A program made the translations under genes and the position numbers. Below the pieces are notes generated by a model, which was not told where the DNA came from, did no database searches, and was given only the letters and a program-made list of their open reading frames with translations. This document shows, one piece after another, positions 1-11,666 of a stretch of DNA of 64,000 nt. Each line of letters starts with the position of its first letter. The first letter of the stretch is position 1. This DNA comes from Podospora anserina (Eukaryota), in contig CM030332.1 of NCBI GenBank assembly GCA_017654855.1, forward strand, positions 5,704,001 through 5,768,000, read 5' to 3'.

Positions 1-1367
1 AAACCAACCAAGACCGTTGCGCACTGTTAATCCCATCCACAGGCGTTGCTGATCATGGCGATATCGTTAACCAGGCAAGCATCTCATCCTGTCTTCCTGT
101 CATGGGAGACTGCCGTCCATCAGGATGTTCCTTCGGGATGGGTAAGGAAGGTGGGCGGGAAGGAGGGAGATAAGGAAGTTTGACGGGTGCTCCCGGGGCT
201 CATTCGTAATGTTCAGTCCCCACGTGGTGTCGGCTTAGCTTGCCTGAGACAGCAAACGAGGTCGGACAGATGGTCCTCTAAGAATGCAGGGACAGGTCGA
301 AAGGATCGTTCAATGCAACTGATGCACGTGTGTGGTGTTGAATGAGGGTGTTGTTCTTCCATTCAAGTTCAAAAAGAGGTTGGATCCACAATCCTCAAGC
401 GAGACCTGGGCTAGATTAGCGGACTTTTGTCGGCGCTTAGCGCTGACTTTTGACGCCGCTATCGTGTGGCTCCTTCAACCACGGGCCAAGACGAAAGAAT
501 TACAGTTCAGATCCCCTGCCCGTCGATAAAGCAACTTGAAAATCTTGATTCAGGTCGGTAACGAGGCTTCATGTAGTTTATCACACTGATTCTTTTGTCA
601 AGTCCAGTCGGCTGGCACATAGAGTCATAAACTCGGCAACGAGCTATCACGGAGCCAAGAGCGTCTCGCATATCCAAAGTACCGAAGGATTTGAAGCAAC
701 CTTCCTCCTGCTCAAGTCCGCTTGATACCATCCTATTTGGATGGCACCTTCCATCTGAAAAGAATCCTGAAAAGGCGGCAGGGGTAAAGGAAGATGACAT
801 CTGCGCGGAATATTTGGTTCCAGACTAAGGTATGTAGATGATAGACTATTAGAAATTAGACCGGAACCTATCATTCTACAATATCCATCTCCCATTATAC
901 AACGACACCAAGGCTTTTATTAGTATTATGAGAAACAATAGGAAATTTGTGGACCATTTGCCACGTATTTGAGACTTTTTGGAGGTCCCCTCATTCCGTG
1001 CTTACTTAATTCTATATCGTTCATGGAGGCTTTGAGCTTGAGGTTGTCCTCAGCGGGACTGCATAAAATCACATGACGGAGTGTCCTGTCTTCCATTGCA
1101 ACGTAGTAACATTGAATGGTGAAGTTGAATGGTGGAGTTGGTGGTGGACTTGTTAGGCATGGCGTTTTATGTCATCCATAAAATGTCGTTGGTGCTGCGC
1201 TGCTGCCTGCCGCTGCCTGTGCGGACCCAACTATTTAAGATCAAGGTTTCTTGCACACAAAATTCAGGTACCCCGCTCAAACCTAATCTCGTCCCTAACC
1301 TTGACTGAAGGCCTGGAATATATGTATTGGACCCAACTTTTTCTGTCAACTTCGCCCTTTTCGCACT

Positions 1368-2654
1368 ATGGCCCGAACAAAGCAAACTGCCCGGAAGTCA
1401 ACTGGAGGAAGGGCCCCACGGCGACGTCTACCATCAGGTATCATATGCATATATCCAGGTCCGAATACACAGATACGAAGGCCCACCACTACGCGTAAGG
1501 CACATTTGCTCAGGCCTCGACCGCTACCAACAGTAAAGCGTTTAAGTGAACAACAAGTTACCATGGCACCAACAAGACCGATGAAGCGGCAGAAGAGGAC
1601 CGGCACAACTCCAAGAAAACAATTACTGCCTTGGAATGGTTGTAGGAGAATGAGGCTGGAACCGCGCTACTCGCTGAGGCCTCGGCGGCAACAGACAGAA
1701 AAGCCTGAGAAGGACGAGCAGAACAGACGCAAAGCTAAACGTCAAGACCGGGCAACGAGAAGACGGAACAAAACCAAGAAAGTCTCTGCGGCCGTGACCC
1801 TTGTCACGCCCAAAGCCCGCACCACCCGGCGAACCCCTCTTGGGCTATTCTCCAGGCTTCCAAACGAGCTCATCTTCCAGATCATCTCATCTGACCTCGA
1901 CATACCAACACTCACCAATCTTCGCCGTGTGTGCAGGTTCTTCAAAAGCACCATCGACACAGGAGTCAAGGCCTATGCCGAATTGGCTCAGAAAGCTCCT
2001 TTTCTTCTACAGCGAATCCTCCTCCAAACCCCCACCTGGGCCTTTTCTTCCAGCTGCAAGGAAGTTCATGCGGAGCTTACCCAGGACTTGCCCATGACAT
2101 GCAAAAAGTGTAACGACAGTGAGGCGGAATCGTACAACGTGCATAGCTGGGCCTTCAATCTCATGACTTGCCAATTCATGTGCAATGGATGCAGTGGCGG
2201 CAACTGCCAGAGAGGTTTTGGAAGTAGCAGCAACCTATGGGTTGAGCGTCATCTGAAAAAGCATCTCACAGAAGCCAATATTGCCTTTACCCAGGATATG
2301 CTCGCCAAAGTGTCTCGTCTTCGGGTCGTTCACCCCTGGGAAATGGATTGCAAACCGACACATGGGACCTGGTCTGCTGGACGAGCAGTGACCTGTTATG
2401 ACTCAAAGTCTGTGCAACAGGAATTCGGGCTCATAAAAAGGTAGGCAAGAAATCATGCATGACAGATCCATGGCCAATGATTTGCTAACGCTGTTTGTAG
2501 GGGGTGTCGGTGCTCCTATGCGGGTTATCCTAGGTCAGAGGCCTTGATGTACGAAAACCGAGCAACCTTTATACCAATGTGGAGGTTTGCTGCCCTGAAC
2601 GGCGATCGACCGTCCTGGGAGAAGGTCAACTTTGTGTACAGGGGTCCCTATTGA
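1368..2654 (+). CDS. F-box protein with N-terminal histone H3-tail mimic and Cys-rich C-terminal region (2 exons)
   Basis: ORF starts [21 protein letters not shown] (H3: [21 protein letters not shown]). F-box-like segment LFSRLPNELIFQIISSDLDIPTLTNLRRVCRFFKSTID at ~1845-1960, then CKKC...CQFMCNGC. Intron 2441-2500 (GTAGGC...GCTAAC...TAG) extends the frame to TGA at 2652-2654. Confidence 0.8.
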
Positions 2655-2674
2655 GGGTCTTGAAGTCGCTGGGC

Positions 2675-4178
2675 TCATTCATCGCAGAGAGGCTCTATCT
2701 GGCCCGTCATCAACTCCCGCCGGATTCTCGACGCCACCCCATCCCATTTCTCAACGGCATCTTTTTCTGCGTCGAATACGTATAACGGTCGGTTCTGTGG
2801 AGAGATGAGTACAGAGCTTGCGATGTATAGGCAGGTAGAGAATAGGACATATATGACACATACCTTAATTTTCACCATTTCTGGATCAATATCCATATCA
2901 TCATCCACATTCTTGAGAACATTGTGCCATCGATCTCGCAAATCCTCCCCATGGGTTTGACTTACCCTCACCCTCGGGAAGCGGAGCTTCTCGTAGGCCC
3001 TGGTAGCAACCTCGACTTCGTCCCTCCCTACCAAACCCAGACAAACCGCCAAAACACCCGCACTCTCCGTCGCCTGACTAGCCCCTTGTGCCGACGTCGG
3101 CAGATGAGCATGACAGCTGTCCCCCAGCAAGACAATCCGATGCGACTTTGGTGACACCCACGTAGACAACGGCTTCCGGTAGCAGATCTTCCAGTCTAGA
3201 CACCTCTCCGTAGACATGATCGCATACCTGATATCAGGATCAATATCTGCCACCAACTTCCGGACTTCGTCCATATCCCCCGGCTGAAACCACGACTCGG
3301 GAATGTCCCCGTCGTCTTTGTGAGTAAGTATCCAGTTGAACTCCCCCCCTCCTCGGAGTGTGTTCTGAACGACGTGGGTGTCGGGCCCGATCCAAAAGTT
3401 GACGCTGTCTTGGGAGAGGAACGCGTTGCGGGCTGGGTCTGCTTTCATTTCCTCGGAAGGGGAGAAGTAAGCGCGGAAACAGGCGTAGCCGGTGGAGATG
3501 GGGTCGTCGTGGTGGGAGAGGACGAGGGGGCGGGCGAGGGATTTGATGCCGTCTGCTGCGACTATGAGGTCGGCGGAGAGGGGCTTGCCAGTGGAGAGGG
3601 TTACGGTTGGTGGTGTTGTGTCAGTGTAGGAGGTTACGTCGGAGGACATGAGGATGGGGATGTTTCTTTCGCGGACCCTGAAGGGGGTGAGGTTAGTATA
3701 TGTTAGGTTGGTAGAGGAAAGGGGGAGGGGGGAAAACCATTTGAGGAAGATGTCGTGGTAGTCACCGCGGTGACCGATATATCCTGCCATGTCCATCAGG
3801 GGTTGCTCAGCAAGAACTTTCCCGTCGTGCCAACGTCTGATTTTCATGGTGGGGGCCTGGTTGCCGATTTCTTGAATTTCTTTGATGTTGCAGCCCCATC
3901 GGGCGAGGAGTTTGTAGGCATTTTCTCCTAGCCCGAGGGAGTCGCCGAGGCGGGTGAAGTTGCGGACTTTGTCTAGGACTGCGACAACTTCGTGGCCGTG
4001 GTGATGGAGGGCAATGGCTGCAGCGCATCCTCCCAGGCCAGCACCGACGATAAGGACTGGGACTGGTGTTAGAAATTAGGGGTGGTGGTGTTGTAACATA
4101 GCACTGCTTACTCCTAAGGGGAGGATCATGAGGTGATACAAGTCTTTTGCATGGTGCTCCTGTTTCCTGGGGTTCCAT
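2675..4178 (-). CDS. FAD-dependent monooxygenase (salicylate hydroxylase-like), spliced
   Basis: VLIVGAGLGG FAD motif upstream of the called ORF, ADLIVAADGIKS, LLGDSCHAHLPTSAQGASQATE. Several short introns; the start codon is inferred. Confidence 0.85.
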
Positions 4179-5504
4179 GACTGGGGGTCGCTTTGAGAAA
4201 TCGTAATGTCCGCATGGTCTTTCTCCATGAAAATAAATATTCAAGAAAGAGAGTCTACTCAATTCTAGACCACCCCCGCTGCAGGGTCCGGTTTCACATT
4301 TGGAGTTTGGAAGCTGACGTGCAGTGCGGGGGAGATTTACGACGGCAGTTGTCTCCGTCACATCCTTCCCGTAGCTAGCCTTTTGCTTGGAGATTCAAGA
4401 ACTGATAATAGAAATCAGATGATGGTACTAATGTTCTCCACTTCAAATGCAAATGCTTAGGGAGAACTTTGAGTGATACGCTGGATTCAGGAAATCATCG
4501 GGCCCTGGCTATTCAGTTTCGACAAGTCTTCAGGTTCTGTCGACTGGACCGGAGCGAGATCAAAGTCCAGTAGTAGATATCAAACTTTTGCTTATAATAA
4601 GAATACCTCTGGCTTCTCAGTATGTCAACATTGCCATTTTTCTGATATGGATCGTGTCATGGAGACTTGTGTAGTAGCAAGGGGAGAAAACAGAACCAAG
4701 ACCACAACACTAACATGTGGTCAGTGCCCTCCAGGCTCTGGTAGAATTATGTCAGCATCCCTGCTGCTCCGTTTGTGACCCTGTGAATCGGCACGTGGCA
4801 GGCAGCGGTCCTCGTGAAAGGGACTGGGACAGAATGCTTGGTGCCGCAGCCGTGCGCCAGCCAAGCAATGCTCTGTTGCGGCAGTTTGGGGTCAGGGCAG
4901 GGCCGTAGACAAGATCCCTCCGTGCCTTCCCATCAATAGGGGCGCCGCTAACCTCGAACGGGAAACGGAGTCGTCCCACCCCCACCGCTCACCGAGGATT
5001 TTGCGGGTGGGATTGGGCAGGCTTGACGGGCCTAGTTGGCGGCCTGCCCGCCCAGACGGCGGACCGCACATGCACAGGCTGAGATGCCTGGGGCTGCTGT
5101 TTTCTCTGTCGGCTGAGGACTCCGGCGGGTTTCGTCAAACGTTTTCGTTGCAGGTTGGAAAGTTTTCTTCATCCAATTCCCCTCCACTCACCCAGTGACC
5201 AACGGGGACCGCCGTGAGCACATGACATCACAACCCAAAAGTAATCCCAACAACTTGTCTTCTAATTAGTCTCCTCAGGTGAATGGGGTAGTTGTTGACC
5301 TGGAGCCACCCGTCACGGAAGGGAGAACCGGACGGACCTACCGGCGGCAGTGGCTTCAGCAGGCCGTCCACGCTTCTCCGTTCCGCCCACCAACCCCACA
5401 GCACACTCCACGGTTGACGCGTGCTTGCGACAATCGCAACGTTGTGTACGATCTGTCTCACCGTTGGTAATACCTTAATCTGACGACGTATCGCTGTGCG
5501 GGCA

Positions 5505-8500
5505 ATGGGTAAGTCTCTCGTTAGATTACATTAAGGGAGTGCAATCATGCTAATCCCTTCGCGTTTCATTTCGTCCAGACGGTCACCACTATGCGTCCAA
5601 TCTCCCGCTCGGGATGGGTGTCCAGACAAGTGATGCCGGGCTAGGCTTTGGTCATCTTTCGGTCCATGGTGGACCTATCGGTATGGACGCTGTGGGTGAC
5701 CCAATGGACCTCGACATGGACTTCGATGAAATGTCGTGGGCCATTGATTTCAACTCACCCATCAATCACATCGACCCCCAGCAGCTCCACTCGTTCGAAG
5801 TGAACCCGAATTATCATCCACCGAACGGGCTTCCCTATGACTACCTCTTTGCCGAAGACGAAGGTTACTTTCCTCCCTTTAACCCACCCTTACCCAACAT
5901 CAACCACAGGCCTCCTGAGGATGGGTCACACGACCTTGCCAGGGAGCGTCTTCGCAAGCAACTGTCCCTGCTGTCAAAGGGATGGTGCGGAGACGAGATT
6001 CGATTCAAGAATGTCGACCCGGCCAAGGCTGTCATCTTGCATACACTGGCTATTGAGTTGGGGTTGGAGTACAACCACAACGTCCGTAGTCAAGAAGTAC
6101 TGATTTCACGCTTCGAACCCACCCAACTTCCATCCGGGCCGCGGCCTTCGTCTGGGCGTTTATCCACTTCACCCCCCCGCGCTTCTGTGGAACTAAACGC
6201 CGTCAGCTGCCTTCCTGGCGAATCTGTATTTTCACTATCTCACTTTCAGCCGCCTCAGCTCCCACACTTTGATGTAAGGGCAGCTGTTGCACCTATCCAA
6301 AAAGCACCATTACAACAACCACAACCCGACTCCATAGTTGCCAAACCTCACCAAGCGCTATCACGTCATCCGAGCCGCAGCGAGCGTATCACTGACTCGA
6401 TCAGCAAGCATGTCTCGACCCTCAAGGCTTCCGTTGCCAAGGGTGGGAGACGTGGACCGCTCACAGAGAACGGCCGACGAGGTATGAGAGAGTTGGAGAC
6501 AGTGGGCGGCGCTTGTTGGAGATGCAAAGTCCTGCGTCGCAAGTGTGACCCTGGCACCCCATGTCGGTGTTGCCTGCAATTGGAAAGCGTTGCCATGCCC
6601 AACCTGGGGGAAGACGCACCATTGTGGCCTTTGATAGGATGTCGCCGTGGACCTCTAGGCGATTCCCTTCCTACGCAGCTTCTTTGTCCCCTTCAGAGCC
6701 TGGAATGTCATCTCTCAAGCAACAGCAGCCGCCGTTGCCGTTCAGTAGATCTTGCTGAAAGATGCCTACTATCAGCCGAAAGTCAGCGGTTGGCAGATAT
6801 GAAAGCCGTCTTTGAAGGGGCATCGGACAAGCTGTCAATCTGTGATTTCGGGCTGAAAGCCTCCTTTTATGCATTCATTGATGCAGGTCGTTACCGTGAC
6901 AGGGACTCTCTACACCAACAGAATACGCCCTGTGATGGGAACCCTGTGACCTATGCCGAGCTAATTGCCATCATTGCCTGGGAGCTGTCCGAGAACAACG
7001 CTCTGCTGGGGTCGTTGCTCGAAATCAAGTCTTGGGAGAACTTCATGGGGATGCTGGAGACAGCCTGCATTTACGAGTCCGAGGTTGGCCAGGTAGGTTG
7101 ATTGTCGTCTAACTGAGACATATCAGAGCTAACAGGGTTGTACAGACGTCGGTAGTCTTCCTCTCCATGGTGTGTTTGAGACACTGTCTGGAAGGACTTC
7201 GACTCCACTCAGCACAGCTCTTGGTCCCCACGGCCCATGACGACTGCAGCAGTGGTGACTGCCAGGTCGACTGCATTCGCAATCTCTACCGTCAGGTTAC
7301 GGCGTACGTCGATGAGCTTTCTGCTGTCATGTTTAACAAGGAGAACATGAGAGACCGAAGGTGGTGGCTGTCAACCTTCTACAGCCTATGCATTCAAAGC
7401 TATGTCCGTCATGCATTAATTGCTATTGAGAAGCAGCTACGATTCAAGCCAACGGATGACGTGCCGGCCGAAGATCTATCGACTACACAGTATCTGCATT
7501 TAGCAGCGTTATTGTTCACGGCTGCCTCGGCGAAGTATGACCCACTCATTGGTGGACGCCTTCAATATGCGTTGACAGACAACTCGGTCATTCCTGAGAC
7601 TTCAGTCCCCGAACTTGCCCATTCATCTGCCCGTGTGGCTTTCGAGGTGGATCAGTGGGCCAGTAATGGAATTCGGACTTCATATCAATTTCTGAGAAAG
7701 CTGTTGCAGATCGGCAGTCTTGACTTTGTCGAACAACAAGTCAAATGCCAAGGCCAGCATCTAGATGTATCTGGCCACAAGAAGACTTCGTCTGTTGGAT
7801 CGGCATCTCTGCATTCCATGCCATCCCCCATCTCACCAAATGACGGTGCTTTCACAACATCGACACGATCCTCTCGCATCTACTTACAAAGGAACTCCAT
7901 CGATAGCAGATTTTCAGCACAGCCATCTACCATCTTCTCGTCCAATCTTAGCTCCGACAGTCTGGCTCAGACGTTATCGACGGCACACACAAGCTTATAT
8001 GAGCCTTCCATCCTGACCAATCCGCGATATTCAGCTGTAATTGGGGAGGTTGATCTGGATATGGTTGTCAGTGAAGGGGAGGGACTCGAGCCAGAAGAGA
8101 TCTTGAAGTTCGTGTGCGAATGTTGCCCACGAGGGCCACGCCACTTCCGAACATACGAGGAATTATCGTGAGTATCTCAGCTTTGCATGTGACAAGCCAA
8201 CTTCTAACCGCGCACCAGTGCACATGAAGCCGAAAAGCCCCATCTATGCACCAACGCGCAGTGCAAGAAACGCTTCAAGTCACCCACCGAAGCCGAAAGA
8301 CACATCAATGCTATCCATCTAAAGTCTGAATCATGGTCCTGCAAAGCTCTCACGCATCCGCTGCTAGCCTTTCATATGGAAATATTCCCTAATGGGGCGG
8401 TGTGGGATGTGTGCGGGTTCTGTGGCGGTGGCTTTGCTCGAAAGACCTCGGCGATAAAAGACGAAACGTTACCATCTGCAGGGGAAACTTCAACGAAGGC

Positions 8501-8717
8501 AGATGCAGAAAGTATCGAGAGAGACGAAGCAGAACTCATCTCCCACATGGAAAGAGTTCACAAGTTTGGGGAGTGCGATCGGGAGAAGCATTTCTACAGG
8601 GCTGATAATTTCAGACAGCATTTGAGGAATACACATATTGCGAAGCCAGGGAAGTGGTTGAAGGTTTTGGAGGGGGTGTGCAAGATTGGAAAGGATGGGC
8701 CACAAGGGGCGGTATAG
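5505..8717 (+). CDS. Transcription-factor-like protein with Zn2Cys6-type cluster and C-terminal C2H2 zinc fingers (4 exons)
   Basis: ATG 5505 plus intron 5509-5578 (GTAAGT...GCTAAT...CAG) joins in frame to ORF 5614. Motifs GACWRCKVLRRKCDPGTPCRCC, CECC...AH, CTNAQC...HINAIH, CGFCG and FYRADNFRQHLRNTH. Further introns near 7093-7145 and 8168-8218. Confidence 0.8.
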
Positions 8718-9551
8718 GCGATGGTTTGGAGTTTTTTAGGTGATACCTGGAGTGTGGTCATCCTCTCGGTTTGATTATACCATTTTGCGAGTCATTTCTT
8801 TTCATGATGATGAGACTTAAAGTCAAGGTTTGGGGTATAGGTGGGATCTCTTAGAGATATAGCGGCGTTTTCATGCTTGAATGCAGTGATGGATGGGATG
8901 GGATGGCTCAGGCTGCCCTGGGAAATTAATCTTTGCTCTGGTCTTCACACCTTTTTATCACTTTATAGTAAGTGGAAGAAAGAGGAGCCGGTCTTATTAC
9001 ACTTGGCTTCAGAACTCCGTTGGCTGAGTACTTGTGATCAGTAGCGACTGGCCCATCTGAAACACAACTCGAGCGGTTTCTGCCCTTCATTGACACACAC
9101 AGGAAAACAATACTTTTTCATGGACCATAGAAAAGTCGTCAAGCTTCACTTTCCACGTTAATTCTACATCTTCCCCGCCAAGGCATCATCCAACTCAGAC
9201 TCTAGGTATGGAATGCTACCTCGGGGATCTCCGCTGGCGAGATACCTATGAGATCGTCCATTTGGACGAGTATGTCTGAGACTTCCGGATTCACTGGCAG
9301 TGGCTGGGAGGTTGTGTTACCAATGCATTTCGTGCGTTGTGATTGGCGGCGGTCAAAGACAGGGCCTGACTTGACAGGAGGACACCGAGACACAGTCTTT
9401 TATCAGAGCATCTTTAACATCCCACAGCAACTCGCAGCATTTTTGTTTGGTAATATTATAGACGATGTCATGAGCAGAGACCAAAGCTCGTACATGTAGC
9501 AGTGAGCTTTGTCTACAGTTGCTTCGTTTTCGACTACAAACTTGGCCAAGG

Positions 9552-10190
9552 ATGGAAGGTATACCACCAAGCACAAAGCTGTCGGATATCCCTGTGGCAG
9601 ATCCGAACAGTGGCATACCTACAAATCTTATCAACCCACCCATCTCTTCTCACTGTTGTACAGGTGGTTGGCATCATATTATGCGTCACCTCTCTGACGT
9701 TTCTTCTTGCTCGGATCATGGTGGTGCATCGGTCAAAACGCCAGTTCGGCCTCGGTGATGGCAAGCACCTTGCCTACCAACCAACCGACCTTCATCCCCA
9801 GTACAGTGATTGACCCTGACAACGCGAAGTATCCGTCACCATCGCCCGGATATTCGCCGCAGTATACACGGGCGTCTGCTCCTCTCGTATGCTCCCTTCG
9901 CTACCCTTTTCCATCCTTCAAACATCCCAGGAGCTAATCGATCGACCCCCTCAACCAAGTAAGCGAAGGCGTAATGCGACACGCTTGGGACACACCCCTA
10001 ACCAACTTCGGATCAGTCTACCTCAAAGTTAGTTTTGGGAATTTCTCGATTGAAGAGGGGAGCGTGGTGGCGTCGGGTGGGATCGGTTGTGTGGGGGTGA
10101 TGCTGAGTCTGGTTCTCATCTACAAGGGTGCAATAAGATTGATCATGGGGGTGGGGGAGATTTGTATGAAGGGATACAACAGAGCGTAGT
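9552..10190 (+). pseudogene. Frameshifted, apparently truncated Pth11-like (fungal rhodopsin-domain) integral membrane protein
   Basis: MEGIPP...TNLINPP changes frame at CCCACCCAT (~9635-9643) into SLLTVVQVVGIILCVTSLTFLLARIMVV...FGLGD. Later exons read VTIARIFAAVYTGVC and GVMRHAWDTP. The remaining helices are not evident. Confidence 0.55.
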
Positions 10191-10732
10191 TGTTGAGGTG
10201 AGCTGTATTAGGACCGGTGGTGGTAATGGGAAGATTGGGGTAGGGTTGAGCGGGAATCTTGATAGATACGGTGTCTCCCTCTCGTTGACAAAGGACGTTG
10301 GAAACGATGTTATGGAAGCATGCCAACTTTAGACAATGGAATACAGACGGTAAATACGGTAGCGAGAGACTTGAGGGGTTGAAGGCTGTCAGTGGGAAGC
10401 ATGATCCTGAGTGTATGTTTCAGAGAGGCGTGTTGAGCGGGTTCAAGCTCGTTTGATGATTTGGATGCAGAGGAAATCAGAGCGATTGGATAGTCAAATC
10501 AACACAGCCCCTATGTTTCCAGTTTACAAGGTAGTTTGACAACCAGCCGAAGGGCACGCATGGTCAACAACTCCTCAATGGGACATATTTAGAAGAGAAT
10601 ATATACAGCCAAAGTAATTCCCAACCAAACCCCCTTCATGCAACCCCGTCTTTATGCAAGTATTGTCACTCAATGTCTCCCCTTCTCTATTCTTTGGTAT
10701 CTCTCTCACATCATCGCCATCTCACCGCAGAC

Positions 10733-11666
10733 TTAGACGCATTGGTGGTAGTAAGCGTTCTGGGTGTTGCAGGTAGAGCCAGCAGCGCAAGTGGTGCAGC
10801 CAGTCCACCCGTTACCACCGCACTGTCCCCACTTGGCAACGGCGCAGCCAGCGGGCTGGGTGGCGACGGGAGCACGGGTAGAGGTGACGAGAGTGGTGGT
10901 GGGCTGAGGCTGGGGCTCAACGGGGGAGCTGCCACCGCCGTTGGAGCCGCAAGAGAAGACGGATGGGCCGGGGACGGTGTAGGAGTTGAAGTTGCTGTAG
11001 ATATTGGCGGTGTAGCCGGGGTCGGTGGCCTTGAAGGCACCGGGGATAGCAACACCGGATGGGTTCACGCTGCCACCACCAGTGACCTTGATCTGGGCGC
11101 AGGAGATGTAAAACTGGGGAGTACCGGCGGGGTATGGGTTGTGGATGCCGAGGGACTGGATGCGGAGAAGGTACTCTCCGTCGGTGATGCAGCTGGGAAG
11201 CTGAGCAGTGTAGGAACCAGCGAGAGTCCACTGGCCGCCGGGGAAGGTCGGGCCCCAGTCCTTGATCTTGAACCAGGTGCCGCTGCCGTCGTAGCTGGAA
11301 GCTGAGCCTGGGGCCTTGCTGAGGTAAACGGAGACAGGACCCTGGTGGTAGACTATGGGGTGTTAGACTAAGTATAAATGGTTTGGCTGATTAGGATGAC
11401 ATACCAGGAGTGTCCAAGTGGAAGGTGAAAGAGTCCCCAGCACGGACGGTCACGGTCTGAGTATTGGCACCGCTGGCACCACCCTCGTTACACCTGAGGT
11501 CGTTGGAGCTGAGGTCGGTCACAGGGCTATTATAGTTGGTATTTTGACGGATGTACTGGAACACGCCGTGCTTGGTGCTGCCGGTCGAGAGCTGCTGGAA
11601 GATGTAGTGGGCCGAAACCTCGCTGACAGCCAGCGAAAGGGCGGCAACGCTCAAGAGTCCCTTCAT
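10733..11666 (-). CDS. AA9 lytic polysaccharide monooxygenase with C-terminal CBM1
   Basis: Signal peptide followed by N-terminal His ([10 protein letters not shown]); [24 protein letters not shown]...[11 protein letters not shown] linker; CBM1 [32 protein letters not shown]. Intron 11353-11404. Confidence 0.95.

Noticed and set aside
507-895. Short minus-strand ORFs and a mildly AT-rich patch upstream of the F-box gene
   Set aside because: No recognisable motif, repeat partner or splice structure.
1368-1430. Calling the gene a histone H3 or CenH3 variant
   Set aside because: No histone-fold sequence (e.g. YRPGTVALREIR, LLIRKLPF) was seen downstream; the similarity stops at residue 21.
10673-11305. 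210-aa plus-strand ORF, and similar long antisense ORFs at 23563-24573 and 44849-45706
   Set aside because: Shadow ORFs opposite well-supported, codon-biased genes.
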